Origin: Anthoceros angustus
Lineage: Eukaryota > Plantae > Anthocerotophyta
Assembly (NCBI GenBank): GCA_010909165.1
Contig: MU008166.1
Location: forward strand, 1,674,001 to 1,738,000
Reading direction: 5' to 3'
DNA length: 64,000 nt
Shown here: in pieces, positions 34,100 through 46,260 of the stretch
Numbering within the stretch: position 1 is the first letter of the stretch
Layout of the letters: every line of letters begins with the position of its first letter
Translations under genes and position numbers: made by a program
Notes under the pieces: model-generated
What the model was told of the DNA's origin: nothing
Seen by the model: only the letters and a program-made list of their open reading frames with translations
Databases searched by the model: none

Positions 34100-35860
34100 C
34101 GGGCACAACCACTCGGCAGGTCCAGGATTGAACAACATTTAAGGGCTGGTACATGGTGATGAACTCTTGACACCTGGTGTATGGGGTTAGTAGAGGAACA
34201 CATGGAGGGCGCTCAAGCAACATATCAGCGGAACATGCATACCATGACATTACTTTGATGCAAATGGCGGAAGAACATAACCAGATGATCAGCATACGCG
34301 TTTGGAGCAATTAAGAGCGGATGTTGAGAATAGGTAGCTGCTGCAGCCCATGCGTCTGTAACTTCGGAGATGATAGGAATACAGAACACGATGAGGACAC
34401 TTGAACTATTGTAGGCCCAAGAGGTGGCCAACATTCTAGTAGAAGTGCAACATCAAAGGAACTTGATCAAAATGGTGGGGACGACAAAGCCGTCGAAACC
34501 AAGATACTACTCAAAATCCTGTTTGCAAAAAAGAGAGATGGTCACCTTCATGATGGGGAGGAATCGATATGGACGTGGCAATCAAGGCTACTGTACAAAC
34601 AACAACGTTTATATGTACCATCTTTGATGCACATCCGCAAGGCATTAATGGCTGAAGCTCATGAACCCCCATCAGCTGGCCATCCTGGTCAATAACGCAC
34701 TTTGGGCACCCTGCTATTGCATTATTACTGGCCAAGTATGACTCACGATGCGACAAACTTTGTAAGGCTATGTGATACATGTCAGAGAATCAAGATTCTC
34801 GTCATCCGCGATCCTTACTCATTGCCACAGCACAAGGGCTCAATAACTAGGCTACTTCAGATATGCTATAGGTTTATGCAGAGATTTTGCAGCAAGCTTG
34901 GACAAAGATGCAATTTACCCAAAATCAGCATAGATAGGCCGCCAACAAGCATCGCAACGATGCTGTATTCCAGGAAGACCAATGGGTGTTGCTTTCTAAT
35001 AAGAATATCACCCTACCTGGGGTAAGAAAATTGCAGCATAGACAGTTGGGACCATTATGGATCACACAACGAATTGGGAACATAGCGTACCGCTTGGTGA
35101 TACAACAGCAATGGAAGATTCACGATGTGTTTCATGCATCACTTATGAAGCCTTACATTGTAGAGCCACCAGAGTGCTCACCACCAGAACTGCCACAAGG
35201 CTTACCAGAGTATGAGGTCGAGGAAAATTTGCAACATCGTGTTGTCTGTTGAAGGTACCAGTCTCTCGTGTTATGGAAGGGACACCCGGCTTCGAAGGCA
35301 ACATGGGAATTGCTACAATGCCTTCAACATTGCCCACAAATACTTACGGCGTAGACACGACATCACCACATCTTTTTTTCTAAACTTCGAGACATAGTTT
35401 TCTTATTAAGGGAGTAGATGTAATAAGGATATGATAAAAATAGGAAAAATAGAGGAAGGAAGAGATAATGGAAATAGAGCAGTTGCTATAAGTAACGGAA
35501 TGGCTGCAGGAGGGAATGGGATAAGTATGAAAGTGGATAGGTATGAGAGAGAGCTAAAGATAACCAAAATACGACATGCAAGCCAGAGCTAGGTATATAT
35601 ACGGAAGAGACTGCGAGTGTGAGGCTTGTCAATTTTCAATTTGAAATAGGAAGGCTTTGATTTGAAGTATGGTGTTTCATAAGAGGTACAAATACGAGTT
35701 TTGTGATTCTGATGGAACCTTCCTCTTTGGGTTCTTATGGCCTCAAGCAATATCCATAAATGAGAACACTTTCTTCATTAAAATATATTTGTCATGTCAA
35801 GAGGTATAAATACTAGTTTTGTAATTGTGATGAAACCATTCTCTTTGGGTTCTTATAACA
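34100..35860 (+). mobile_element. Ty3/gypsy chromovirus remnant (integrase Zn finger, SH3, chromodomain, PPT, 3' LTR)
   Basis: EAHEPPSAGHPG..YYWPSM..FVRLCDTCQRIK; GPLWITQRIGNIAYRL..KIHDVFHASLMKP; EYEVEENLQHR..LVLWKG..ATWE; PPT aagggagtaga-TGTAAT at ~35408-35424; outer limits approximate. Confidence 0.88.
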
Positions 35861-37594
35861 TGAAGCACTATGGACAAGCAGCGACACTTTGTCCTTCCCT
35901 ACAAAGTCTCATCTGTTTTCCAAACAGCCATTTGTAAAAAATTATAAAATAATGGAAATGACATCCAAACAGGCTTATTTGAATTCCAAAAGATTCCACT
36001 GTTCTCGGGGTAAGAAATACTCCTAATAAAAGCTATTGGCTATTAACACAAGGATGTAGCTTTACAAACTCGTATATATTACATGTAAAAATAAATCGTA
36101 ATTTTTCTAAATATATTTTCCTGCCTTCGAGCTGATAAATCGCTAGTTTCACACGGCCTACAACAAGCTACTGCCACGCACTTCCATTCGCCAAGTGGAT
36201 CGGACCATACGGATATTCCCATCAAGAGATGACACACAAAACAGATATGGGTGTTTGGTATCCCGAAGTAGGATATCTCCTTGATGGGTAGTCATCAGTC
36301 AGGTTTGGAAATGTCGAAACCGTGATGAAACGTGTTGTCTTCCGGGTGAAAGTTCATGCCGGAAAGCACGCCAGTGTTTCGGACCACCTGTTTTAGAGGA
36401 CGGGAAAGCGCGGCCATCTTTCTGTTGAAGAGAAAAGTGCAGCTGGAAGAGAGTGCAACTTCATAGCGCCAAGTGGCACAACTGCAGGCGAAAGAAGATT
36501 CAACAATGTTCCCTCCTGACAAATGAATCTGATAAGAGACACACGGAGCACGACAATCTCGAGCCTCCACATACAATCCAACCAATCCACACGAAGTTGA
36601 TCAGAAAAATTAAAAGCTTGCGTGCATCGGGATTTGAGGGGTATGATAACAAAGTGCTGCCCGCGCATGCAACTCCTGTCAGTGAGAGCAGATGTCAGAC
36701 CCCTCGTGAGATGCTGTCACAACCTTTTATCAAGTCAAGATTGCTTGGTGGAAACTCGACGGCTCCTGTTCTTGGCATCACGTGCACGACCTCAATTCGA
36801 TGCGCCTCCATCTACATGACACATACTCCACTTTTGAGCCAAATGCTGCGCGGACAAAACACACAACACCATGGATCAAGATCCTTCATCACCACGCCGA
36901 GCCCTGGCTGCCACCAGAAGGAGGTAGTGCTGAAAGCATCTCTGTTCACGAATGTCATCCTTCTTCAACACACACTAATTCCAATTCACATGGATGCTGA
37001 CACCTGTAACTGTGGATCTGTGGAAGCAAACACAGGCCCCCTTCGAATCCGCAAGCTGACGATTCCGCAGCCTGGCATGTTCTTCCCACTCCAAACCTTC
37101 GTCCATCCACACAAACCCCGGTGCAGTGCACTCCTCCCGGCAAGCAAGGAACACTCTCGACGCCTTGGCGCGCAGAACAAGAAAACCTTCACTTGCAGAA
37201 GAACCTCCTTCGGACGCGGCTGCACCGAAATCCGTTGCTTGAAGCAGCTTCGGGAAGGTAGGGCAGGCCGTACGCGCAGCAGAGCAAGCGCGGAAGTGCG
37301 TGAAGCAAGCGCGCGAAGTTCTCGACTTCGAGACCTTACAAGACGTGCATGCGAGCGCACGGCCGGGCCGGTTGGGGAGTCGTGAAATCGTCCCGTCAAA
37401 ATGGAAGCGTGTGAGACCGGATTTTGTTCTGATTCCGAGTTATCGCTTCCCGAGGGCGCAGAGCAATCGAGACGTACAACGGCGGGGCCGGGCAAGGCAG
37501 CCGGGCACGGAGGTTGCTGCAGCCTAGATGCCCCGATCCCAGAGACGCGAATTCCCGACGCCTGCTCCTCGCGGCGAGGGCAAGGGCCAGGGCC

Positions 37595-38932
37595 ATGGTG
37601 CGCGTCCGGCTGCTGATGGAAGTGGCCGAAGCCGGAGCAGCAGATGGCAACAGGATGGAGCAGGAGGGGCAGGAGATGGAGCCCGCCACATGGAGCCTCC
37701 TCCCGCCGGAGATCATGGAGAAGGTCCTTCTGCAGCTCCCGCTCCGGGAGCTCCTCCGCTTCCGGGCCGTGTGCAAGCTCTGGCTTCGCCTGCTCATGAG
37801 CGCCAAGTTTCTGGACGAGTGGCGGGGGCTGGGGAGCAGGCCCCCGCTCGGCGTGCTGCTCCACCGGCACGGCACCACGGGGAGGATCGCCCTCCCTCCC
37901 TCGGTGCGGATGATCACCGTCGGGCTTTCCTTCCTCCCGGACCTCAGGCTCCAGCCCGTCGCCTCGGCCGGGGCCTGCTCTGCCTGGCCCGCCTAAGCGA
38001 GGACGCCTCTAGCATCGAGCAGCCGCTCTACGTCTGCCACCCGTCACCCGCAGGAGCCTCTGCCTGCCCCGGATGGAGCTTCCGAGGACACCTGCCCGCG
38101 CTTCGCCACCCTCTGGGTCTCCGACAGCCGGTACAAGCTCTTTGTGGGATGCGGGCGGAGCAAGGGCCATGGCGGAGGGTACCACGCCATGTGGGTGTAC
38201 GACTCCCGGGCCACGGCATGGCGAAGCCACTCCCCCAAGGACCTCGTGCCAGGGCGGGGGCGGGGGCGGGGGCAGCGGCAGGGGCAGGACGGGGATGTGG
38301 AGATGGCGGATGCAGATGGTGAGAAGGGGAAGGGGAAGGAGAAGGAGAGCGACATGCAGGTGGTTGAGCGAGGGTACTGCACCTGCGTGCTGGTGAGGGA
38401 TTTTGTGGCAAGGATCAGCGTGCCTGTGTGTCTGCAATGGGCGTCGGAGACCTGGAGCTTCACCCGGCTGGAGGGCGTGCCCTTCAGCGTGGTGCAGCAC
38501 CGCGGGAGCATCTACTACGTGCATGCCGGGAGGGATGTGAGCGTGGTGAGGCTGTATCTCGGGAAGGAGGTGAAGGCGGAGGCGGAGGCGGAAGGGGAAG
38601 GGGAAAGGGGAAACCCCAGCTATGTTGTGGCCGTGCTGCCGGAGAAGGACGTGAAGGCGCTTTGCTCGGACTGGAAGCATGTGCGGCGGGGCGCCGAGTG
38701 CAGGATCGTGTCGTCCGGGGATTCGATTTGCATATCCCTCGTGCACCGGTACACGGGGGGTAGGATGAATCGGCCTACTGGGTGCCGGGGGCTGCTTTGC
38801 TACGACACCGAGCTCGGGACATGGCGGGGATGGTTTACGTATTTCTGGGACACTTTTGAGGAGAGGCGGAATGACTGGCAGGCTGTTTGCGCGCCCTTCG
38901 CATTCGATCTCAGCTCCCGGCACCTTGTGTGA
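37595..38932 (+). CDS. F-box protein (N-terminal F-box, probable kelch/beta-propeller C-terminus), intronless, with apparent frameshifts at ~37970-38140
   Basis: WSLLPPEIMEKVLLQLPLRELLRFRAVCKLW; PVASA/GLLCL; LYVCHP; VYDSRATAW; YDTELGTW. Confidence 0.8.
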
Positions 38933-38944
38933 TGGTGGAAGGGG

Positions 38945-38993
38945 GATGGATGGATGGATAGATGGGTGGGTGGGTGGATGGATGGATGGATGC
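38945..38993. repeat. (GGAT)n/(GGGT)n microsatellite
   Basis: gatggatggatggatagatgggtgggtgggtggatggatggatggatg. Confidence 0.9.
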
Positions 38994-39743
38994 ATTTTTT
39001 CCGAGCACCTTGAAGTCCGAGGTGGAGTTCTTTAGAGTTCTGGTTAGATGCTTCTTCTTCTCGTGGTTGGGGTTACCGCGGAATCTGCTCTTGCAATTTC
39101 AGTTGCGGGAGTTGGCAGGAAGGAAGAGAGACTCATAACATTCTTTTCGGTGACATGTTATCGTTATTTGTAGAGCTATGGCAGAATGCCACGGAGAGAC
39201 TGTATGTATGTACTGTCGCAGCAACTGATCTACATTTTTTCACAAGCCGCCGATGTGTAAATGACGGATGCCGCATGTAGGGATGTTCGCTGTAGAACCA
39301 GCCTGGGTCTGGAATCCTGGATCGGCGTGCATGAAAGTGAACTCGCTGTCGAAATTCAAGGTTGTTCCTCCTCTAGACTTCGGCTCCTTCATGACGAAAG
39401 CTTGACGCCGCGATAGGTGCAGCAGCACTTTTGTGTGTGACATATTATTGTATGTGAGAGGGTTGCAGCTGCCAACATCGCCAACAGCGGTCATCGAGAT
39501 ATGCACGTGTGATGAGACGGAATTGATGTTAAAGAATGGGAAGACGTTCCCTGACTTCTGCAACTGCAGACGAGAGATTCCAGAATGTGAGAGGGAGGCC
39601 GTGTCAGGAGGGACGGTTGAAGGTCGAGCATGAGTCATCAGGAGGATATAAGACCAAAACCTGATGAAGTGCAGAGGAAACAGAAAGAAAGATGGTCTCA
39701 GTGATCCGTTACCGGACGACGCTTGCTGGATCTGACCTCTGAG

Positions 39744-41456
39744 ATGGCGGCTTCGTTGCTGGTTCCACCGTGCCCTTTTGCCTTCTCGGCTGAACAGGTT
39801 GCAGGCTCTGACCGCAGAGGGAGTTGGTTGCAGAAAAGACCTGGGGAGTGGGTAGGGTTGAGGCGAGCCCTGCCGGCGGTGGGGAGGGATCGTTGTTGGA
39901 TCAGGCTGGTGAAACCGGGCAGAGAAGGAGTTGGGTGCGCTCGAGCATTTGGGGATGAGGGGCCGGGGGTGGGAGAGGGCGGAGGTGTTGCAAGCACTGG
40001 CAGCAGGAGCAGCCTGGGATGGCGAGTGGTGGAGAGGGATGTGAGAGTGCACGCTGGGAGGAGCAAGGCCAAGAGGAAAGGAGGAGGAGGCAGGATCGAG
40101 AAGCGGGTGGAGAAAAGGACTACAGTGGTGAAGAAGAAGGTTGTGGTTAAAGAGCCAGATCCTGGTGTCAGAATGCCTGACGAGTACTACAAGTATGGGC
40201 CTTACGGTCCCTATTGGTGGAGGGCAGATGTGATTGGGAAGCCTGTGCCAGGCAAGCTTGGGGACTCTCTGGCAGTCACCATGACCACTTTGAATGGGGG
40301 TGATGAAGAGGTAGAAGAGATGGCTAGGGTGGATGCTACCATCAACTACGACAACAAGTTGAAGCAGATGAGTCAGGATGTTGGGTTGCACTACTACTGG
40401 GCGTTTGCCAGAAGCGTGAGACCGAGTGCGGTGGTTTTGGCTCCCTGGGAGGAGTGGACTCTTGTGGCTCAGGTGGTGGTGGAATCAGCTACAGAGCCTG
40501 ATAAATGGAGGTTGGGGTTTAGGCTTGACAAGGCTATGAGGAATGTTATCACTCAGTGCGTGGCTTGGGAGCGTCCGGATCTGACGTATGTGAGGAAGCC
40601 CAAGTATCAGCTGAGAACTGAGAATCAGCTGGAGTTCTTGCAGGTCCTGTGCCATCTTGTTAACCCTGATCTGGAGACCGACGCAGGGAAGAGATGCGTG
40701 TCTTACTTTGGGAAGCTTTGTAGGTTGCTGGATGTGGATATGAATGTGAAGGAAGAGGAAGCTGCTGCTGCCTTTGACAAATTATCGCGGGAGGGGAGGA
40801 TGAAGGTTGTGGAGCACCTCCTGACTAACCACCCTGTTTCTCTCCTGTATCCCTATACGGAGGGCACTAGAAGAGATGAGTGGAGGGCAAAGCAAGCTGC
40901 GGATGAGCAAGAGCTGGAGAGGAATGAAGAAGTGACAGACGAGGAAGACGAGGACGAGGGAGGAGAAGCAAGTGATGTCGAAGATGAAGAGGACGATGAT
41001 GGTGAGGAAGGAGAGATTGCCGATGATGATGAGGACGATGATGAGGAACTCTCACCTTGGGAAGAGTACAAGAGGTTTGGAGGGAGGGAGGGTCTGAAGG
41101 AAGGGGACTTCAAACTAGATGGGCCGGGAAGCGATAAGTGGTTGGATGAAGTGGAAGTGATTGAAGGAGGTGATGATCTGGATGAAGACCTAGACAATTT
41201 GGATGTGAAGAATCTCTGGAAGGAGGGAGACACTACTAGTGTTGCAGGTGTCAATGAAGACAATGCTGCGGGCACTCCTTTCTCGTCATTTCGGACTTCC
41301 AGAACGACCCGCTTCGTAGAGAGAGATGACGACGGTGAATTCTCCCCAGAACTGCTTTTGAAGTCTGCAGTTCGTCCATTCACCTACAGAAATTTGGTCA
41401 AGGAGGTTGTTGCTCTGCGCCGCATGCTGCTGGAAGATCCTTGGAGGCCTTCTTAG
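39744..41456 (+). CDS. Uncharacterised ~570-aa protein, probable plastid transit peptide, long acidic tract, intronless
   Basis: Long open ORF from MAASLL; ordered core (YKYGPYGPY, WEEWTLVAQV, QCVAWERPDL), D/E tract and C-terminal AVRPFTYRNLVKEV. Confidence 0.85.
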   Translation: MAASLLVPPCPFAFSAEQVAGSDRRGSWLQKRPGEWVGLRRALPAVGRDRCWIRLVKPGREGVGCARAFGDEGPGVGEGGGVASTGSRSSLGWRVVERDVRVHAGRSKAKRKGGGGRIEKRVEKRTTVVKKKVVVKEPDPGVRMPDEYYKYGPYGPYWWRADVIGKPVPGKLGDSLAVTMTTLNGGDEEVEEMARVDATINYDNKLKQMSQDVGLHYYWAFARSVRPSAVVLAPWEEWTLVAQVVVESATEPDKWRLGFRLDKAMRNVITQCVAWERPDLTYVRKPKYQLRTENQLEFLQVLCHLVNPDLETDAGKRCVSYFGKLCRLLDVDMNVKEEEAAAAFDKLSREGRMKVVEHLLTNHPVSLLYPYTEGTRRDEWRAKQAADEQELERNEEVTDEEDEDEGGEASDVEDEEDDDGEEGEIADDDEDDDEELSPWEEYKRFGGREGLKEGDFKLDGPGSDKWLDEVEVIEGGDDLDEDLDNLDVKNLWKEGDTTSVAGVNEDNAAGTPFSSFRTSRTTRFVERDDDGEFSPELLLKSAVRPFTYRNLVKEVVALRRMLLEDPWRPS

Positions 41457-42063
41457 GAGGTTCTCAGGAGTTTGGTGTGTCACCCACGTCGGGGTCGGCC
41501 TCGTGCAGCGCATAGCGACAGAGAGATGGGGAAGCCACTCACAAAGCTGCAAGTCTCTCGATGGAAAGAGGACAAGGTAGCATTCGTTGTGGGCTTGTCA
41601 ATGCCTGTGCCATTTCTCTTGGTAGAGTCTCATAATTCAGAGAATGTCTGACGTGCAGAGGAAATCTGCTCACGGTTCAAGATGGCACCTGAAACTTTTG
41701 AGGGCGTCAATGGCTGGTGAGAAGTATTACCGCTGCCTACAGCCAGACAGGCAAGAAAGAGTGCAAGAGGCATCGTACGTGCATGCAGAAGTCTTGGCTG
41801 CCAGGCTCTGCTGCTGTGAGAACAAAAAGTTTATCCTTGTGTACTGTTGTAAATACCGTTCTCAACATCGTTTTCATGGGCTCAGAGCAATCCATGACGA
41901 AGGAGTACTCCTTTGTAAGTTCTGGAATTGTTGCAGCACCCTGCAAAGCATTGCCAACTTCCAGGTGGTCTCATCCTTGGTAGCTCTCACCCAACATACA
42001 GCAACTTCAGGGCATGAGTTGCTCGAGAGTTGGACGGGTTGAGCCTAGGTCCGTGGACAATCT

Positions 42064-43857
42064 GTGCAAATTTCACGACTCGTGAAGGGACCTTCCAGAG
42101 CGCGGCGGACAGGCTTACAGACCATTCTCAGGAATCAGCCGCTTCTTGGTCCGAAAGTGATGCCTCTCACCCTTGCGAACCGGATGCGCAGGCTACCATG
42201 CCGGATGCGGATTCTTTTCAGTCTCTCACCGAGGTTGGTGCCACCCTGGTGGATGCTTGAGAGGCATGAACTTCTGCATTCTTGCACGCTGGAGAGTATA
42301 ACAGGACACAGGAAAGAGGATCCTGCATCAGCTGGTCAATGTCCTGGCCATGAACGTGGCTTGGTTACTAGGGCTGCAAGGGGTAGGGCCAAGTCTGCAC
42401 CACTCCATCGTTCAGCGTCAAGGGGAGAAACTGAAGCAGATAGAGGGCACCGGCTGGCGAGGTCGAAAATCGCCAATGCGCGTGACATTCTGCAAAACGG
42501 GCCTTGGGGAGATTGCACCAAGTTTGCCTTGAGGCCTTTGGAAGGGCAGCTAAATCCCTTTCAAGTAAGTGAGGTGCTGAAGTCAGTGAGAGATGCCAGG
42601 ACTGCTTTGAGGTTCTTTGATTGGGCTGCAAGGCAACCCGATTTCAGTCATGACAGCGTCACATACAACATATTGCTCAAGATACTGGGAGCTGCAGAGC
42701 AGTTTGACGACATGTGGAGGGTGCTCGCAAGTATGGAACAAAGCGGATGTGAGGTGGACGCTGTCACCTTGAGCACAGTCTTGGTGAGCTATGGGAGGGC
42801 AAAGAAGATGAAGGGTGCAATTAAGGTGTTCTATCGGCTGAAAGGGCGTGGTGTACGTGTCAACACGGTAGCCTACAACTGCATGATCGATTTGCTCATC
42901 AAAGGGGGAGATCCTCATCGAGCCTGGGATCTTTACGTGGAGATGCAAAAGGAAGGGTGTGAACCGGATGCACGCACATACACTATTCTGATTGATGGGT
43001 TAGGGCAGGACAAGAAGTTGGATGAGGCGCTTAAGCTGTATGACGAGATGAAGGCTAAGGGCATTGTTCCAGATGGGGTGGTTGGCAATGTTTTGATTAA
43101 GGGGTTTGTAACTGCAGGAAGGATGGGTGAAGCTATGCAGCTGTTTGACGAGATGAAGATCAAGAACACGACTGGAATGACTTCTTACAACACTATCATC
43201 AACGGACTAGGAAAGACAGGCAGATTGAACACTGCCCTTAAAGTTTTTGCTGACATGGAAGACAAGGGGTGGACACCAAATGTGGTTACGTACAACGTGT
43301 TAATCAATGCATGCGGTAGAGCCAACAAGCTGGAGGAGGCATTTCATATTTTCCGACACATGCAAGAACGGGAGGTGACACCGGATGTTATCACTTACAA
43401 CTCCCTTCTGATTGGTATCGGACAGGCAGGTCAGATGGACAGAGCGTTTGAGCTATTCGAGGACATGAAAAAGCAGGGCATTGTTCCATCTCCTGTGACG
43501 TACAGTATTCTTATGAAAGCTTCAGGATATGCTGGCCACATTGACAAATTACTTGATTTGTTCAATGAAATGAGAAGGAGAGGCGGTGTTCTAGATCTTA
43601 TTGCTTACAACATTGTGGTCGACAGGCTTGCAAAGGCCGGTAGAGTTAAAGAAGCTTACAAGATATTCGGGGAGATGAAGGGGCAGGGTTTCCCACCTGA
43701 TGTGATCACATACAATGCCATCATAAATGGCTTCAAAAAGGCTGGCGATAAGGGAATGGCTCTTAGAATCTTTGCGGATATGGAGGCTCAGGGAATTCAA
43801 CCGAATGTGATCACCTACACGATTGTAGGAACGAGTGGGGTACCAGTTCCTAGATGA
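42064..43857 (+). CDS. P-class pentatricopeptide repeat protein (~11 repeats); true N-terminus uncertain, probably upstream (~41644)
   Basis: ALRFFDWAARQPDFSHDSVTYNILL followed by tandem 35-aa PPR motifs (PDARTYTILIDGLG, PNVVTYNVLINACGR, PDVITYN). Confidence 0.93.
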   Translation: MQISRLVKGPSRARRTGLQTILRNQPLLGPKVMPLTLANRMRRLPCRMRILFSLSPRLVPPWWMLERHELLHSCTLESITGHRKEDPASAGQCPGHERGLVTRAARGRAKSAPLHRSASRGETEADRGHRLARSKIANARDILQNGPWGDCTKFALRPLEGQLNPFQVSEVLKSVRDARTALRFFDWAARQPDFSHDSVTYNILLKILGAAEQFDDMWRVLASMEQSGCEVDAVTLSTVLVSYGRAKKMKGAIKVFYRLKGRGVRVNTVAYNCMIDLLIKGGDPHRAWDLYVEMQKEGCEPDARTYTILIDGLGQDKKLDEALKLYDEMKAKGIVPDGVVGNVLIKGFVTAGRMGEAMQLFDEMKIKNTTGMTSYNTIINGLGKTGRLNTALKVFADMEDKGWTPNVVTYNVLINACGRANKLEEAFHIFRHMQEREVTPDVITYNSLLIGIGQAGQMDRAFELFEDMKKQGIVPSPVTYSILMKASGYAGHIDKLLDLFNEMRRRGGVLDLIAYNIVVDRLAKAGRVKEAYKIFGEMKGQGFPPDVITYNAIINGFKKAGDKGMALRIFADMEAQGIQPNVITYTIVGTSGVPVPR

Positions 43858-43998
43858 TAAGTCTTGCAGTCAAACGGAAAATGCTGGATGAAGACAAGCG
43901 ATCATGCTCGGGAGGAAAAGCTTGTGGACACAAGTCTCATTCTCTCTTGCAGCAAGTTAGCAACCACAGCTATCGCTCTGTTGCTAGTAAGGCCTTGC

Positions 43999-45655
43999 CT
44001 ACATCTGTTCATGGAAGCCCCTGAATGTGGCAAACGCCTTCAGTATCTCCTCATAAACTGATATGCCCTTCAGGTACACCGCAGCATTCACGAACTGCAA
44101 AGAGGAGAGTCAACTCATAAGTTATTGAAAGCTATCTGGGGACTGGCTATGGCATAAGCAATTGAGACTTACCTCGTTGTCTTGGTGCAGCAGAATGGGA
44201 GTGTTGGCCATGGGTGAGAATCCAAACGCAGGGATTCCCAGTGGCCTGATCAGTCGTGCATCTCCTGCCGCTGGAAATATCTCCGCCTGCTTAGTTATGC
44301 CACCGGCTTCCCCCACAGCCTTCGTCAACAGCAGCCACCACGGATTTGTCTCATCCGCGGTTGTGAGGGCCAATTCGAGTGAGACATCCGAGCCTTTTTG
44401 TATGTACTGGGCATAGGTACAAAGTGCCTTCAGTGCCATTTGATCGGAGCAACCAGGGGAGACATGGCAGGCAGTTCTGACCTTACCTCATACGACATGT
44501 TTCTGGAAGCCGGTGCCCACTCCTCGGATATTCTCTTCTCCAAGGCGGCAGTGTCTGCAAATGGGGGTACCCGGATATCTAATCCTGCCTCTGCTTCTGA
44601 AGGCTGTATGTTAGATACATACCCCTGCAACAATCATGCAACCGATGCGATGAGCAGGTATAGAGATGTGCAGGAGCGAATCTAAGTTTGCACATGAAGC
44701 AGGCGAAGTACATAGGTGGAAGTGTAGTACAGTTTGCGTTAGTGTGCCGGCCCGAAGGTACACTGGATTGACTGAGATGACGTCTCCCTCCGCAGCTAAG
44801 CCTGCCTTCCAAAGATCAAACTGTGATTCTCGAAAACTTGTGATGCTGTCAATGCTTTTGAAGAGATTTTGCAGAGCACTGTTGTCAAAAAGCCTTGATC
44901 CATGATCCGATTTTCCATTGGCCTTGATTGTCAGCCACCAGGGAGACCTTTCAACCCGCATTCACACAAGTGAGAGCTAAGCACATCCCCCCGCTATCAA
45001 ACAAGCAAGCAACCCAAGCAATGAGACATCACCTTTCACCATTGAAGACCCTGTAATTTTCCTTCTCGGATGCCATCCCCTCATCCAAAACTATGCCCAC
45101 GTTGAGAGACGAGAAGTCGCCAGATTCTACGAACGCCTCAACCCCAGCTTGTCCTCCAGTCTCTTCATCAGGCACGAAGGACAGGTGGATGGTTCTCAGA
45201 GGCTGAAATCCTACTGACTTCAAGTTCCTGATGGCTTCCAGATATTGCATTGTGACGCTCTTCATGTCCTGAGTCCCTCTTGCATAAATGTTTCCGTTCT
45301 CTTCCATCACTGCTTCGAACGGGTCATACTTCCAGTTGTCTTCCTCCACAGCCACCACATCCATATGCGAGTTAAGCAGGACAGATGGAAGGCTGGGGTC
45401 CGACCCATTCCAGGAGAGAACAAGGAGAGGCTTGTTTTCCACATATTCCACCACTTTGGAGTGGAGCCCTCCAATGGATTCCGCCTGCGCTTGCAGGAAC
45501 TTCACAGCTGACTTGTAATCTGGGTCAGGTTGCACAGTCTTGATCCGCAAGTACTGTCTGAAGCGCTCGATTGCGTCTTCAGGGCTCCCCCTTGTTGCTG
45601 TTGACAGCAAGACGAGCAAGCACAAGCAAACCCACAAATGCGTTTGGAGAGACAT
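43999..45655 (-). CDS. ACY1: Aminoacylase-1 (M20A peptidase) with signal peptide, ~6 exons
   Basis: RFRQYLRIKTVQP, LLNSHMDVV, YARGTQDMK, SFVPDEETGG, LDEG, NIQPSEAEAGLDIRVPP, IFPAAGDAR, GFSPMANTPILLH. Confidence 0.95.
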
Positions 45656-45899
45656 TGCAGCACCCACAACCCTGGCGCAAACCACTGTAACTCCGATTGC
45701 ATACACGTACAATTTACGTAAGGAGAAGGAAAATGAAACTTTTCATTCCATCAAACGCTGTGATCTCATTACAGGCTGAGCTGCCAGATTCTTCTGAATC
45801 TAAATATGAATCGCGTCACAAGTGTCCTGGATGTGAGATCTAACACCACTAGCGGCAGATGAGATGGGAGTGTTTTTTAGGGGGGGTGGACCGTTCCGA

Positions 45900-46260
45900 A
45901 AGACGACGGCTAGCAGCAGAGCACTGCAGATGTTCATTCCATGTTTTGGCAGCTTCTTCAGGAATTTGTCAAGTCTGAATGTGATTAGGAGGCGTCGCTT
46001 TTTGATCCAAATACGCCTGTGCAAGCAAAGAGCAGACAATGGAATTGGTCATGACAAATACTTTGTTTGCAGATTCTACACAGCAAAGAGGCACATGCCT
46101 GGCTGTCATAGGGGCAGCAATTACTTGCACTTCAGCGGCTGGTTTTCTGTTGCAGTCCTAACTGAACAGACCACTTTTGCCTCTGCAGTCATCGAATGTC
46201 CCTTATCGGCAATAGTCTGTCCTGTTGTAATCCGTCCGGGCTTGTCAGAACAACCAACCT
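45900..46260 (-). pseudogene. Decayed DNA-level copy of exons 2-3 and intron of the DUF3128 gene at 54465
   Basis: Reverse complement matches 54650-55020 (ttcgatgactgcagaggcaaaagtggtctg; caagtaa; gcttgcacaggcgtatttggatcaa; gaagaagctg..tggaatgaaca). Confidence 0.85.

Noticed and set aside
36453-37385. 310-aa ORF
   Set aside because: Non-ATG start and no domain-like features; probably upstream/UTR sequence of the F-box gene
37960-38150. F-box gene as a pseudogene or programmed frameshift
   Set aside because: Shifts fall in or near G/C homopolymers, and the window shows systematic indel errors; probably sequencing error
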